A stretch of 64,000 bases of DNA from the sequence record NC_016163.1. One strand, 5' to 3'. This document shows positions 1 through 9,737 of the stretch, one piece after another. Position 1 is the stretch's first letter. Every line of letters starts with the position of its first letter. The notes below the pieces were generated by a model. That model did not search any database. It worked only from the letters and a program-made list of their open reading frames with translations, and was not told where the DNA came from. Position numbers and translations under genes: made by a program.

Positions 1-81
1 GGTCGAAGCAACCCTTCTCAAAGCGTAAGAGCCTTGCTTAAAGGTGCAGGTATGACCATCATTGATTCAGATGATGAATAA
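1..81 (+). CDS. 3' end of a truncated CDS (GRSNPSQSVRALLKGAGMTIIDSDDE*)
   Basis: Open frame from base 1 to TAA at 79-81, followed by a hairpin at 90-117. Confidence 0.5.
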   Translation, partial: GRSNPSQSVRALLKGAGMTIIDSDDE

Positions 82-89
82 ATAGAATT

Positions 90-117
90 CGGGTAATAGT
101 GTAAAAGCTATTACCCG
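90..117 (+). terminator. Intrinsic terminator-like hairpin
   Basis: cgggtaatag / ctattacccg stem followed by T-rich tract. Confidence 0.7.
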
Positions 118-138
118 TATCTATCTTATTTTTCTTCA

Positions 139-146
139 TATATTAT
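139..146 (+). promoter_or_regulatory. Early-type promoter motif TATATTAT
   Basis: Motif recurs upstream of at least 11 plus-strand units; resembles the phiKZ early consensus TATATTAC. Confidence 0.65.
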
Positions 147-184
147 TAAAATGATAAATAATTTATAACAATAAGGAGTTTATA

Positions 185-433
185 ATGTTGACTATTTATC
201 ATTTTATCATTAATAAATTAAATTGCCTGTTTTTCGTTCTAGTTTGTTTTGTACTGTTCCTACTCAGTTTTAGTTTATACGATTTCCTTAAACCGCAAAT
301 TGTCCTGATGCATCCTTTCTTAGCGGTTATTTCAAGTTTTGTTTTAATTGTGTTATATATTGGCTTTACTTTAAGTGCAGCTAAAACAGTTTCCGATTTC
401 GTTTTATATTTTACTAGAAATAAAAGAAATTAA
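185..433 (+). CDS. Small membrane protein (2 hydrophobic segments)
   Basis: RBS aaggag; two long hydrophobic stretches. Confidence 0.7.
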   Translation: MLTIYHFIINKLNCLFFVLVCFVLFLLSFSLYDFLKPQIVLMHPFLAVISSFVLIVLYIGFTLSAAKTVSDFVLYFTRNKRN

Positions 434-504
434 CAGATCTTTAGTAGTATCCCCCTAAGAAATTCTTAGGGGTTTTATAAATCTTTTTTTTCTGGATAAT
501 AATT

Positions 505-1080
505 ATGAATTGGAAAAAATTTCTTCCTAAAGTGGCTCTTTGGCTGGTGATGGTACCTGTGGACTTTATTATGGTTCTTACGGCCTATCCGATGTCTCCT
601 ATCATTGCTCTAATCTCTATGATTAAAGGTGAACCTCCTAAATGGGCTTGGTTGTGGCTAACTTATGATAACCCTATTGATGGTGATAGTGGACATCTAA
701 AACGTTGGGCCGATTATGTGGCTAAGTATCCTAAATGGGGTGTGTATTGCCGTAGAACTGCTTGGCTCTGGCGTAATAAAGTGTACAACTTTGCGTATAC
801 TTATGAAGGTATCAGTGTAGGTAAGATTGTTGTGGCTTCCGGTAATCCTAATACTGAATCTGGTAAACCTGGTAAAGAAGGTTATATCTGGTTAGTTGAT
901 GAAAATGGGTATTGGTGTCTATTCCTATTCAAACATTATACTAAAAACCTAGCAGTGCGTATCTATATTGGATGGAAATTTAAAGGTCTGTTAAAAGACC
1001 CTAATGGTAAAATTGAACGTTCAATGTTTGCTAACTTCTTTAGTCCATTTAGAATCTGGACTGGAAGTGACGATAAATAA
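505..1080 (+). CDS. Conserved phage hypothetical protein, N-terminal TM, TxDNxxDGD and WLWRN motifs
   Basis: ORF track; motifs LTYDNPIDGD and AWLWRNK; followed by hairpin 1089-1117. Confidence 0.6.
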   Translation: MNWKKFLPKVALWLVMVPVDFIMVLTAYPMSPIIALISMIKGEPPKWAWLWLTYDNPIDGDSGHLKRWADYVAKYPKWGVYCRRTAWLWRNKVYNFAYTYEGISVGKIVVASGNPNTESGKPGKEGYIWLVDENGYWCLFLFKHYTKNLAVRIYIGWKFKGLLKDPNGKIERSMFANFFSPFRIWTGSDDK

Positions 1081-1088
1081 ATGAATTT

Positions 1089-1117
1089 AACCCATATCCT
1101 CAAAAGGGATATGGGTT
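1089..1117 (+). terminator. Intrinsic terminator hairpin
   Basis: aacccatatcc / ggatatgggtt stem plus T tract. Confidence 0.75.
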
Positions 1118-1178
1118 TCTTAATTTCTTTTTTAAAAATATATAATTAAATAGAATAATCAACTAGTAAGGAAATAAA

Positions 1179-1463
1179 ATGAATATCTATGTAAATGAAT
1201 CAAATGGTGATGTCTACCAGTTAAAACGTAAAACGGCTCATAATGTCCTCTTTGATATTCTTTCAAAAGGTGATAAAAAAGAAGCTACAGTTATTCCTCT
1301 ATTAGCTACTAAGCCTTTAAAAGAAATGTCTGAAAACGATTATGTAATTAAAGTTCTTAAGAAATATGAAAGTAATGCTGAAAGTATCACTGTTAAAGAA
1401 CTTAATACATTACATAATCTAGGGTACCAACGTTTAACTCATGTAATGGATATGGCGATATAA
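1179..1463 (+). CDS. Hypothetical protein
   Basis: RBS aagga; coupled to the next ORF. Confidence 0.7.
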   Translation: MNIYVNESNGDVYQLKRKTAHNVLFDILSKGDKKEATVIPLLATKPLKEMSENDYVIKVLKKYESNAESITVKELNTLHNLGYQRLTHVMDMAI

Positions 1464-1464
1464 T

Positions 1465-1965
1465 ATGGAAATCAAACGTTCTTCATGGCATTTTATGCTA
1501 AATGATATTTTTTATAGTAATCCTGAAAAATTTAATACTCTGTGCTCTTATTTCTGGAGGACTGTATTTTCTGTATTCATAGTAATTATAGCTTTCTTAG
1601 CAGTTATATCAGCAGGTATGTTATATGGAATAATGCTTACTGACTGGTATATTGATAGTCATCCTAATACTATGATAGCTGATATAAGTTTGATATATCG
1701 TCGCCTAATCCAGATTCCTCTAGGTTTGATTGGAGTGATTATTACATTCTTTACTATAAAGTATTTAGTAGCTGGTTGGATTAAATTTTTAGTAACTCTT
1801 GGTGGATTCTTTAAACTTCTGAGAAAAAGTATAAAGAAACTGACTACTAAGCCTTTAAAAACTACTGTTAGTGAAATTAAGAAAGAACCGTCTTTAATTA
1901 TTGAAATGATTAAAGCTAAAAAGAAAAAGTATTGCCCAACCATAGAGTTTAAAGGTAAAAGATAA
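1465..1965 (+). CDS. Hypothetical membrane protein (2 TM)
   Basis: Two hydrophobic segments; SWH...LCSYFW motif. Confidence 0.7.
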   Translation: MEIKRSSWHFMLNDIFYSNPEKFNTLCSYFWRTVFSVFIVIIAFLAVISAGMLYGIMLTDWYIDSHPNTMIADISLIYRRLIQIPLGLIGVIITFFTIKYLVAGWIKFLVTLGGFFKLLRKSIKKLTTKPLKTTVSEIKKEPSLIIEMIKAKKKKYCPTIEFKGKR

Positions 1966-2009
1966 AGATTCCATAACTTTTTATTAGTATTATATCAAAG
2001 GAATTTATA

Positions 2010-2369
2010 ATGTACTATTTTCGTTCTGTTTCAAGTAATCCATTTCATAAAAATAATTTTCTGATTTCTAAGAATGAAGAAACCAATGAATTACTTACTA
2101 TTGAAAATAAAATTGTTAACCCTAAAGAGTCTTTAGAAATGGTTACATTAACTAAGGTCTATCCAAATTTCTTAGCTAATCGTATCTTTAGGAATATTAA
2201 GAATCAAGATCTGTATGAATTTTTAATGATTACAAATATTGATTGTGATGATATCAATAAATGGCCTTTAATGGCTGTTTACACTAATGTAAAATCGGGT
2301 AAAGTTTATTCTCGTCCTTTTGTAGAATTTCTTGAAAAATTTACCTATGAAAAATTCCTGAGAGGTTAA
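2010..2369 (+). CDS. Hypothetical protein with DUF1653-like C-terminal half
   Basis: FRNIKNQDLYE...AVYTNVKSGKVYSRPFVEFLEKF resembles the DUF1653 pattern (by eye). Confidence 0.5.
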   Translation: MYYFRSVSSNPFHKNNFLISKNEETNELLTIENKIVNPKESLEMVTLTKVYPNFLANRIFRNIKNQDLYEFLMITNIDCDDINKWPLMAVYTNVKSGKVYSRPFVEFLEKFTYEKFLRG

Positions 2370-2370
2370 A

Positions 2371-4464
2371 ATGGCTGATAAAATCATTGTACGTTATAAG
2401 GATACCCCTTATACTGTAAAAACTCTTTTAGATTTTCTTTCAGAATGTGCCAAAGTATATTATAGTACTGGTAAAAGAAAAATAAGTGATGAAGTTTTTG
2501 ATAAACTTCAACTTGTTTATGAAAAGCATTCTGGTAAAAGACTTCCAGTTGGTGGTAAAGTTGATGTAGGTAATACTCTTAGCTTAAGCCACTCATATGA
2601 GGACTTTGCTGGTACTCTTTTCAAGACTAAATCACCGGAAGAGGTCTACGACTGGATGAGGCGAAAAGGTATCAAACCTTCAAAAGCTGGAGTCCAGATC
2701 GCACTTAGTCTAAAAGCTGACGGTCATTCTATCACGGTAGAAACTAAGTATAACAAGAAAACTAAAGAACAGTATATACATAAAGCTCTTACCCGTGGTA
2801 AAGATGGCGTAGGTAAAGATCTCACTCCTATTTTTAAAGAATACGAACATTTACTTTACCTTCCAGTTATTGATGGAAAAAATTATGCTGTAGGTTATGA
2901 AGCAGTAATGACTTATAGTAATTTTACATTGTTCCATGAACAAGAAAAAGAAACATTTAACAATCCTCGTTCTATCATAGGCGCTATCCTATCAGATAGA
3001 GGTAATCAGTATTTTCCATATATTAATCTCATTGCTCTCAGGATTAAGACTGAAGATGATGAGCTTAGTCGTATTGATGCATTGGAGTATATTAATGAGA
3101 TTAATGAATCTCAGAATGAAGAAATTGATTTCGGTTTTTGGGTGGGTGAATTAACCAATAAAAAGAATAAAGGATATATGCTTGGTGGCGATGATTATAA
3201 GGATTTCAATGAAGCCTTAGAAGATTTCTATCAATGTGTAATTCAAAATCGTGAAGAAATTGATATCATGATTGATGGGGTAGTAATTGAGGTTCTTAAT
3301 GAAGATAAACGTCGTTCATTAGGTTACTCTGATTATGAACCTAACTTTGCAGCGGCTCTTAAATTCCCTCCAGCTGAAAAAGAAACTACCGTCGAAGATG
3401 TTAAATGGTCTGTAGAAGGTAAGTCTGGACGTTACACTCCAGTAGTGCATTTTAAACCAGTTAGTATTGATAATAACTCATACGTTAAAGTATCTCTTGC
3501 TAACTATAAACGGTTTAAGAATCTAAATCTTCATAAAGGTGATTCAATCTTATTTACTAGACGTAATGATGTATTAGGTTATGTTGATAAATTAGATGAA
3601 GATGCACCACCTAAAGGTGAAGCTTTTAAAGCTCCTAAGTTTTGTATTCATTGTGGAGAATCTTTAGCAGTAGTAAGTGCATATTTAGAATGCGTAAATC
3701 CGGCTTGTAAAACTAACGAGCTTGGTAATATTCTCAAGTTTATCGATGTACTCAATCTTAAGTTTATTGGTAGGAAAACGATAGAAAAACTATATGATAA
3801 TAAAATCATTAGTAAGTTCTCTGACTTCTTTGAATTAACTGATAAAGATTTTAAGAAAATTAAGTCCATTGATGGACTTGGAAATCATGTAATTAAGCTT
3901 ATTAATCAGTTAGTAGATAAGCTCAGTAATGAAGAAACTCCCGATTATCTATTCCTTGGGGCGTTCAATATCCCGTTGATCAGAGATGGTCGAGCTGAGA
4001 AGATCTTAAAAGGTATTACCCTTCCAGAGATTATTGATCTTATTGACTCTAAAGATAATGAGGCTATTTACCGAATCCTTTCTAATACTAATAATATTGG
4101 TATTAAGATTGTAGATGAACTGGCTAAAGCTTTAGGGGATGAAGGATATTATCGAAATGAATTAGGTATTCTATATGAGAATATGAATATCATTGATTCA
4201 AAGATTGATCAATCATCTTTAGGTAAAGATTTTGTATCTTTGACTTTCGTTCATACTGGTAGCGCTAAGCCACTGAAAACTAGGGATGAACTTAAACGCA
4301 TTATTTCTAGTAAAGGTCATAATTTAGTAGGAAGTGTTTCCAATAAGACAAACTATCTCATAAATAATGACGTAAATTCCACTACTGATAAGAATAAGAA
4401 AGCTAAAGAGCTTGGTATTCCAATCATTACTGTGGAAGAATTTGTGGCAATGATGAATGGCTAA
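2371..4464 (+). CDS. ligA: NAD-dependent DNA ligase
   Basis: Adenylation motif SLKADG, DGVV motif, Zn finger CIHC...CVNPAC, HhH repeats, C-terminal BRCT (VSNKTNYLI...KAKELGIPII). Confidence 0.95.
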   Translation: MADKIIVRYKDTPYTVKTLLDFLSECAKVYYSTGKRKISDEVFDKLQLVYEKHSGKRLPVGGKVDVGNTLSLSHSYEDFAGTLFKTKSPEEVYDWMRRKGIKPSKAGVQIALSLKADGHSITVETKYNKKTKEQYIHKALTRGKDGVGKDLTPIFKEYEHLLYLPVIDGKNYAVGYEAVMTYSNFTLFHEQEKETFNNPRSIIGAILSDRGNQYFPYINLIALRIKTEDDELSRIDALEYINEINESQNEEIDFGFWVGELTNKKNKGYMLGGDDYKDFNEALEDFYQCVIQNREEIDIMIDGVVIEVLNEDKRRSLGYSDYEPNFAAALKFPPAEKETTVEDVKWSVEGKSGRYTPVVHFKPVSIDNNSYVKVSLANYKRFKNLNLHKGDSILFTRRNDVLGYVDKLDEDAPPKGEAFKAPKFCIHCGESLAVVSAYLECVNPACKTNELGNILKFIDVLNLKFIGRKTIEKLYDNKIISKFSDFFELTDKDFKKIKSIDGLGNHVIKLINQLVDKLSNEETPDYLFLGAFNIPLIRDGRAEKILKGITLPEIIDLIDSKDNEAIYRILSNTNNIGIKIVDELAKALGDEGYYRNELGILYENMNIIDSKIDQSSLGKDFVSLTFVHTGSAKPLKTRDELKRIISSKGHNLVGSVSNKTNYLINNDVNSTTDKNKKAKELGIPIITVEEFVAMMNG

Positions 4465-4666
4465 ACTCAGTCAACAGCTCAATCAAATTTTTGTGGACAT
4501 CGAAAAAGGAATCGGTAATAGTCATGTTGTCGATTCCCTAAAATCCGGTATAGACTATGCATACATAGTCGAAGGTAAAAATACTAAGCTTTGGATAGAT
4601 GTAAAATCCTTAGATAGCGGATTTTTAGATGAACTAATCGATTTAAAATTAAGTAATAAACTCTAA
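4457..4666 (+). CDS. Hypothetical protein
   Basis: Overlaps ligase stop; lies in the operon. Confidence 0.6.
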   Translation: MAKLSQQLNQIFVDIEKGIGNSHVVDSLKSGIDYAYIVEGKNTKLWIDVKSLDSGFLDELIDLKLSNKL

Positions 4667-4676
4667 GGAAATTGAA

Positions 4677-5009
4677 ATGGAAAATGTAACTAATCTTGTT
4701 CAACTTGCTGGAAATGTAGTAAAAGATCCTAAATTCATCTTTGATGAGAAGAACGATTTTCGTGTTCTGAATTTTACTGTAGTAGTTACTCGTCAGTATG
4801 TTCGTGATGGTCGTTTTGCAAATGATAAATCATTCCATAAAGTCTCTGTTCGTGGTAAGCTTGCAGAAGAATACAAAGACAAGATTAAGAAATCTAGTGG
4901 CGTACAAGTTACTGGATATTTACGTAATCGCAATGTAACTAAAGATGGCGTACGTTATCCAATTACTGAAGTTGCTGTAGAAGAAGCAGGTGGAATTGTC
5001 TGCCTGTAA
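4677..5009 (+). CDS. ssb: Single-stranded DNA-binding protein (OB fold, no acidic tail)
   Basis: NLVQLAGNVVKDP...FTVVV...FHKVSVRGKLAE...VQVTGYLRNR...ITEV matches the SSB pattern. Confidence 0.85.
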   Translation: MENVTNLVQLAGNVVKDPKFIFDEKNDFRVLNFTVVVTRQYVRDGRFANDKSFHKVSVRGKLAEEYKDKIKKSSGVQVTGYLRNRNVTKDGVRYPITEVAVEEAGGIVCL

Positions 5010-5020
5010 AAAAAGTAAAT

Positions 5021-5058
5021 AAACCCCTATATCCCCTTTTGAGGGATATAGGGAGTTT
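5021..5058. terminator. Bidirectional terminator between convergent genes
   Basis: ccctatatccc / gggatataggg stem with A run upstream and T run downstream. Confidence 0.75.
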
Positions 5059-5066
5059 CTTTTTTT

Positions 5067-6023
5067 TTAATTTCTAGTTAAATCTAAGAACAGATTAGCG
5101 ATTTTAAGACCTTCTTTTCCACTTACTGATTCAAAGATAAAATCTTTAATCAAGTTAGAGGAATAAGCGCTACAGATAGTATAACCTAAGAATCCAGATA
5201 GCAATTCAATCATAAAGAGAGATTTTTCACCATACATAGTGATCATCTTTCTAATGAAAGTATTTACATCTAAGTCTTTAACTACAGTATAAGCCTCAGC
5301 TAGACCAGAGAATAGTCTTGGAAGAGATACTAAGTTTTCATCATTAAAACGTGTACCAAACTCAGCAATAGCTGAATCAGCGATACTAGATTGCTGTTTT
5401 GCTACTTGCATTGCAATGGCATTTCTAGTTTCTTTGTTTAGAGGGTGATCTCTCTCAACCACATATGATAAGAAGAACTTAGCGATACTATAGCTAATAG
5501 CTGCCGATTGTACTGGAATAGAAGCAGTAGCATACATACTATCGATTACACGCATAACCATACGAGTATATACTATAGCGGCGTTGGTCAGTAAAGGGGT
5601 AGAATATACAAGTTTATTGTAATTTTCAGCATACTTACGTTGAACGTGAGCATACATTAATACACCAAATACTTCTCTTGGCTGATAGCTACTGAAACTA
5701 TATTTGTCTCTAATCTTGATTTTACCAAACAAGTTAGCGATACCAGTATAGTCTTTACCGTTATTGATAGCCCATCCAGTCAAATTCAGACCTGGAACAT
5801 ACAAACAATCTATATGTCCTGATTCTAAATCATCGAGAATTACCTGCTTACCAGATACACTAATCTTTGACTTAATATCACTTGAGATAAGATTCAGTTG
5901 GTCTTTAGTGAGACGATAGTCTTCAGCCTTAGTCATTGCACCTGTTACTTGAGTAAGCATTCGGTTAGCATTGACGATCTCACCAATATATGTATCTTTT
6001 AAAGAACGAAATTTGAAAGACAT
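5067..6023 (-). CDS. Hypothetical protein, probably virion-associated
   Basis: 318-aa ORF in a late minus-strand operon. Confidence 0.6.
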   Translation of the reverse strand: MSFKFRSLKDTYIGEIVNANRMLTQVTGAMTKAEDYRLTKDQLNLISSDIKSKISVSGKQVILDDLESGHIDCLYVPGLNLTGWAINNGKDYTGIANLFGKIKIRDKYSFSSYQPREVFGVLMYAHVQRKYAENYNKLVYSTPLLTNAAIVYTRMVMRVIDSMYATASIPVQSAAISYSIAKFFLSYVVERDHPLNKETRNAIAMQVAKQQSSIADSAIAEFGTRFNDENLVSLPRLFSGLAEAYTVVKDLDVNTFIRKMITMYGEKSLFMIELLSGFLGYTICSAYSSNLIKDFIFESVSGKEGLKIANLFLDLTRN

Positions 6024-6025
6024 AA

Positions 6026-7801
6026 TTACTCCTGACTAGTTGGGAATCCATTAATGAAGTACTGGTTGGCATCAAGTACAAAGATTTTAGACTGTTTCAT
6101 GTTAGCATCAAGCAACAGAACATTATCTTCCAGCATTTGATGTTCAGTAATATCGATTGGATATTCTGTAGGAGAATCGTTGGCATCAAGTACAAGGTCA
6201 CTACGGTTATTGATACGGTTCTGATAGTAGTAATTACTAATAACGCGAAGCTGCTCAACGGCTGCAGTGTAAGGGCTAAAGAATTCAAATACTGTAGAGT
6301 ATTCTTCTTCTACACCCTGATCATTTGGATCAACCGTTACGTTAGGTTCATCAGCATAGATAGTATTCATAATATTATCTAGACCAACATATTCAGCAAC
6401 AATATCAAATTCAGAATAGTTGTCTACTACAAATTTGATAACGGAATCAATATCAATAGTATTTACAATGCGAAGTCTATATTCAAAATCTTTGAGAGTA
6501 TCTACTTTACTAACATCAAGTTCCATTACCTGACGGTGTTTAGGCTTAAACCAGTCATTAGAAAGATATTTCTGGTTGAGGAAAGAAGAACCTAAACGAG
6601 TCATTAAAGGAATTGTAGCAATGTCAGTATTTGTGGTAATGAGACCTTGTTCTTGCATAGTATCTTGACGAATGATAATGCAATCAGCATCGTCCATTAC
6701 ACATTCATTCTTAACGATACGAATTCGCCATTCAGCGGCATCATCAATTTTATTTGCAAGAAGTTTAATTTTGTATCCAGAGAATTCATTACCGCCATAA
6801 ATAAGCGTATAATGTTTACCTGCAGTTAAGTGATACCCATTAAGATATACATCGAAGTCTTCAATAGAACCAATAGGTACTGGTCTATATGAATTATCCT
6901 CTAGTTTCTCTTTAATCTCTACCTCATTACTCCATGTGTCACCATTGGTAGAAGAAGCTTCATATTCCCAATAGTATACGCCATTCATAATGAATAACTG
7001 ATCAGCTACTTGTGGGAGAGTGGAGAAGATGATTCGTGCGGTATCACCAGTAGTGTTAATCTCTGTAATGAAATCAATTCCATAACGGAACTTAACATAT
7101 GCAGTTAATCCATCAATAGTACGTTTAGCTACAACGTTAATGTATTTGTGATGATAGAATGTACCTAAATTTGCTACAGGTACATATAAAGTACACTTCC
7201 CGCCAGTCAAGTCGGTTGAGGTAATCGTTTTTGTTACATAATCTTTACTAGTATTATATAAACGATGTATCTTGATACCAACTACTGAATTATCATTAAT
7301 ATGAGTAGCTTTAATATAACACTTAACGCCATATGCGGTATTTACTAGATCATATTCAGATTTTGGAAGCAATTTTCCATCAACAAATACAAAATGGGTG
7401 ATTGCAGCAAAATTAAGTTTCCCTAAGCAATCAACATTGTATTCAACTCTAGTAGAAGCTGGATAAGTAATTGGAACACCATTAGCATCCCAATTAGCAT
7501 TAGCGTAGTGTGCAGTTTTATTTGCGAATTGATATGAACGATCAACAACGGGGTTTGTAAAATGAGATAAAAACGTTTCAAGATAACGTTTATCACGAAT
7601 TGCAATGTCACCAGTAGCATAGAAGCAGTATCTTAATGCTTCACCAAGTTGTTTAAATCGCTTATTAAAAGTCTTAACATCACTTAGATCTTCCGTTACC
7701 GAGTTGATTGGTTGAACTTTAGATAACGGTTCTAAAAGGCCGGATAGTTCTCTACGGAAATTACCAACCCCTAATGATGTTTCTAAATTGCTATAAGCCA
7801 T
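6026..7801 (-). CDS. Putative virion structural protein
   Basis: 591 aa, beta-rich, C-terminal LDAN repeats; late promoter at 7835-7846. Confidence 0.6.
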   Translation of the reverse strand: MAYSNLETSLGVGNFRRELSGLLEPLSKVQPINSVTEDLSDVKTFNKRFKQLGEALRYCFYATGDIAIRDKRYLETFLSHFTNPVVDRSYQFANKTAHYANANWDANGVPITYPASTRVEYNVDCLGKLNFAAITHFVFVDGKLLPKSEYDLVNTAYGVKCYIKATHINDNSVVGIKIHRLYNTSKDYVTKTITSTDLTGGKCTLYVPVANLGTFYHHKYINVVAKRTIDGLTAYVKFRYGIDFITEINTTGDTARIIFSTLPQVADQLFIMNGVYYWEYEASSTNGDTWSNEVEIKEKLEDNSYRPVPIGSIEDFDVYLNGYHLTAGKHYTLIYGGNEFSGYKIKLLANKIDDAAEWRIRIVKNECVMDDADCIIIRQDTMQEQGLITTNTDIATIPLMTRLGSSFLNQKYLSNDWFKPKHRQVMELDVSKVDTLKDFEYRLRIVNTIDIDSVIKFVVDNYSEFDIVAEYVGLDNIMNTIYADEPNVTVDPNDQGVEEEYSTVFEFFSPYTAAVEQLRVISNYYYQNRINNRSDLVLDANDSPTEYPIDITEHQMLEDNVLLLDANMKQSKIFVLDANQYFINGFPTSQE

Positions 7802-7822
7802 TATATGAATCCTTTTAGGGTT

Positions 7823-9130
7823 TTATGATTCTACTATTACATTGTTGACATCTGCACGATTCTTCTGAAGATATTCATCATACAAATCATTAACCTCTGA
7901 AATAGGGGCATACATGAAGAATTTGTAATCATAATTAGCGTAAGGACTCAGGATAGTAATAACCTTAGTCTTCCAATTAATTTGATAATCTTCATCTTCT
8001 ACTAATTCTTTTCTATCCCTAAATAGTTTATAAATAAGGTTAGTGGCTTTAAGCTCATCAAAATTATCTTGGCTTCTCAGATAATCGATATAGTAATTAG
8101 GTGCCCTAGCTAATTGCTCACCAAAATCAATTTCTTCAATAGGCGAGTTAGCCTCAGTTACAAGTTCTAGCCCCAATATTGATTTTTTATTACCGATTTG
8201 ATGAGGTATCCCCCAATTAAGAGTCCAGTGCATACCTACATCATTCATACCACCTTCAGTAATGAGAAATTCATCATCAATTGGCTCATTGGCAAGATTA
8301 TAGCTTTCGGCAATAAAGTAATTATGGTTATTATACTCAACTTCTACAGTAAAACGTAGCATTGATTCGCTAACAGCTTTATTATCTTTTTGAGCATCTG
8401 GTACTTCAAAGTTAGGAATGCGGATTAGAATATTCGTTCCGTATCTATAAAAGAACTGTTTTTTACCAGTAGAATGGTGAGTTTTATAAGTAACTTTACC
8501 ATCTGAAATTTTATGTATCCACTCAGCAAATAAATTCAAAGAATCTTTATCCTTTAAATTGTAACCTTTATGTTTAGCTATATAACCAATAGAGGATGCT
8601 GGAAGTGGAACTTCTAATGAGTAGTCATTGAGATACCTATATCTGTTTGTACCCAACTTATTGGATAGATAACCCTTAATATTAATACTTTCCATTTCAG
8701 TTTTATTTGAAATGATAATATCAAAGTTATGTCTGGCCCTAGAAGTAATAGCAGATATATAGGTTTTAGTCTCTTCATCGTATACTATTTTAGTATACAT
8801 TCTTTCACGGTTTGCACCACGAAAAGTATACATATTTGCCATTAAGAATGGATCTGCTAAAAATGAAGTATCACCAGTTTGATTCTCATAATTCATTTTG
8901 ATAGACATTCTAGGTAATGGCTTCATATTTTTCAAATCATCATCTAATGGTTGCTCAGTAACAGCAGCTATTGAGTTTCCAATAAATACTTGCTTCAAGT
9001 AGGTCGGAGGGAATAATGAGATAAAGTACTCCCTGACAACGCCGATTAAACTTGAATATAAAGCATTAGTCACCGTCATCTCATACTTAGTGACTACGAG
9101 TTTATTATCAGTAAACTGTATATCGCTCAT
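7823..9130 (-). CDS. Putative virion (neck/tail-completion-like) protein
   Basis: 435-aa ORF in late operon; the function is a guess from context. Confidence 0.5.
   Translation of the reverse strand: MSDIQFTDNKLVVTKYEMTVTNALYSSLIGVVREYFISLFPPTYLKQVFIGNSIAAVTEQPLDDDLKNMKPLPRMSIKMNYENQTGDTSFLADPFLMANMYTFRGANRERMYTKIVYDEETKTYISAITSRARHNFDIIISNKTEMESINIKGYLSNKLGTNRYRYLNDYSLEVPLPASSIGYIAKHKGYNLKDKDSLNLFAEWIHKISDGKVTYKTHHSTGKKQFFYRYGTNILIRIPNFEVPDAQKDNKAVSESMLRFTVEVEYNNHNYFIAESYNLANEPIDDEFLITEGGMNDVGMHWTLNWGIPHQIGNKKSILGLELVTEANSPIEEIDFGEQLARAPNYYIDYLRSQDNFDELKATNLIYKLFRDRKELVEDEDYQINWKTKVITILSPYANYDYKFFMYAPISEVNDLYDEYLQKNRADVNNVIVES
7835..7846 (-). promoter_or_regulatory. Late-type promoter AACA-N6-TA
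   Basis: Plus strand TA-ttacat-TGTT. Confidence 0.6.
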
Positions 9131-9160
9131 AATTATAACCTAAAAAAAAAGTAAAAGAAT

Positions 9161-9186
9161 CCCCTATAGGACTGAGCCTATAGGGG
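9161..9186 (-). terminator. Terminator hairpin with U tract on the minus strand
   Basis: cccctatagg / cctatagggg stem; A9 run at 9142-9150 on the plus strand. Confidence 0.75.
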
Positions 9187-9298
9187 AACTTTAAATGATA
9201 CAAGTGTATCACAAATCACACAAGGAATACAGACAGCGTAGGATCCGACAACCTAACCATCTATATCCTTGTTAACCAAAAATTCATAGGAAATCATA

Positions 9299-9310
9299 TA
9301 AATTTTTGTT
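9299..9310 (-). promoter_or_regulatory. Late-type promoter AACA-N6-TA
   Basis: Plus strand TA-aatttt-TGTT, identical to 31863-31874 and 40509-40520. Confidence 0.65.
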
Positions 9311-9319
9311 ATTTAAATA

Positions 9320-9727
9320 TTAGTAAACCTGTCGTTTAATCATAGTAATTAAACCGAGATTTACTAAAGGTTCCATTTCTTCAAAATATGTATTAAATGA
9401 AACAGTATAGAATTCTAGTTTTAGATCATTGCGAAGAAACTTAAAAATACCATAAAGACTATTATCTGCAGTATCATCAAACATAGTATTGAAAGTCTGA
9501 TAAGATCTAGGAAATGATTTTTCACCTTTTCCATCAACAACCAAGCTAACCCCATAAAAATGATCCATTTGATTGGAAATTCTTAATGGGATAGCTACTT
9601 TAGATTGATTAGCCACATCAGCAATAATAAGATTGGTCAGATTTATTACATCGGTAAATTCAATATTAGATTTTCTACCAATATTTTTCACCAACAACTC
9701 AACCGCTTTAGAAGGTTTTAATGGCAT
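9320..9727 (-). CDS. Hypothetical protein
   Basis: RBS aaggga; directly downstream of the RNAP subunit gene. Confidence 0.7.
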   Translation of the reverse strand: MPLKPSKAVELLVKNIGRKSNIEFTDVINLTNLIIADVANQSKVAIPLRISNQMDHFYGVSLVVDGKGEKSFPRSYQTFNTMFDDTADNSLYGIFKFLRNDLKLEFYTVSFNTYFEEMEPLVNLGLITMIKRQVY

Positions 9728-9737
9728 TTCTTATCCC

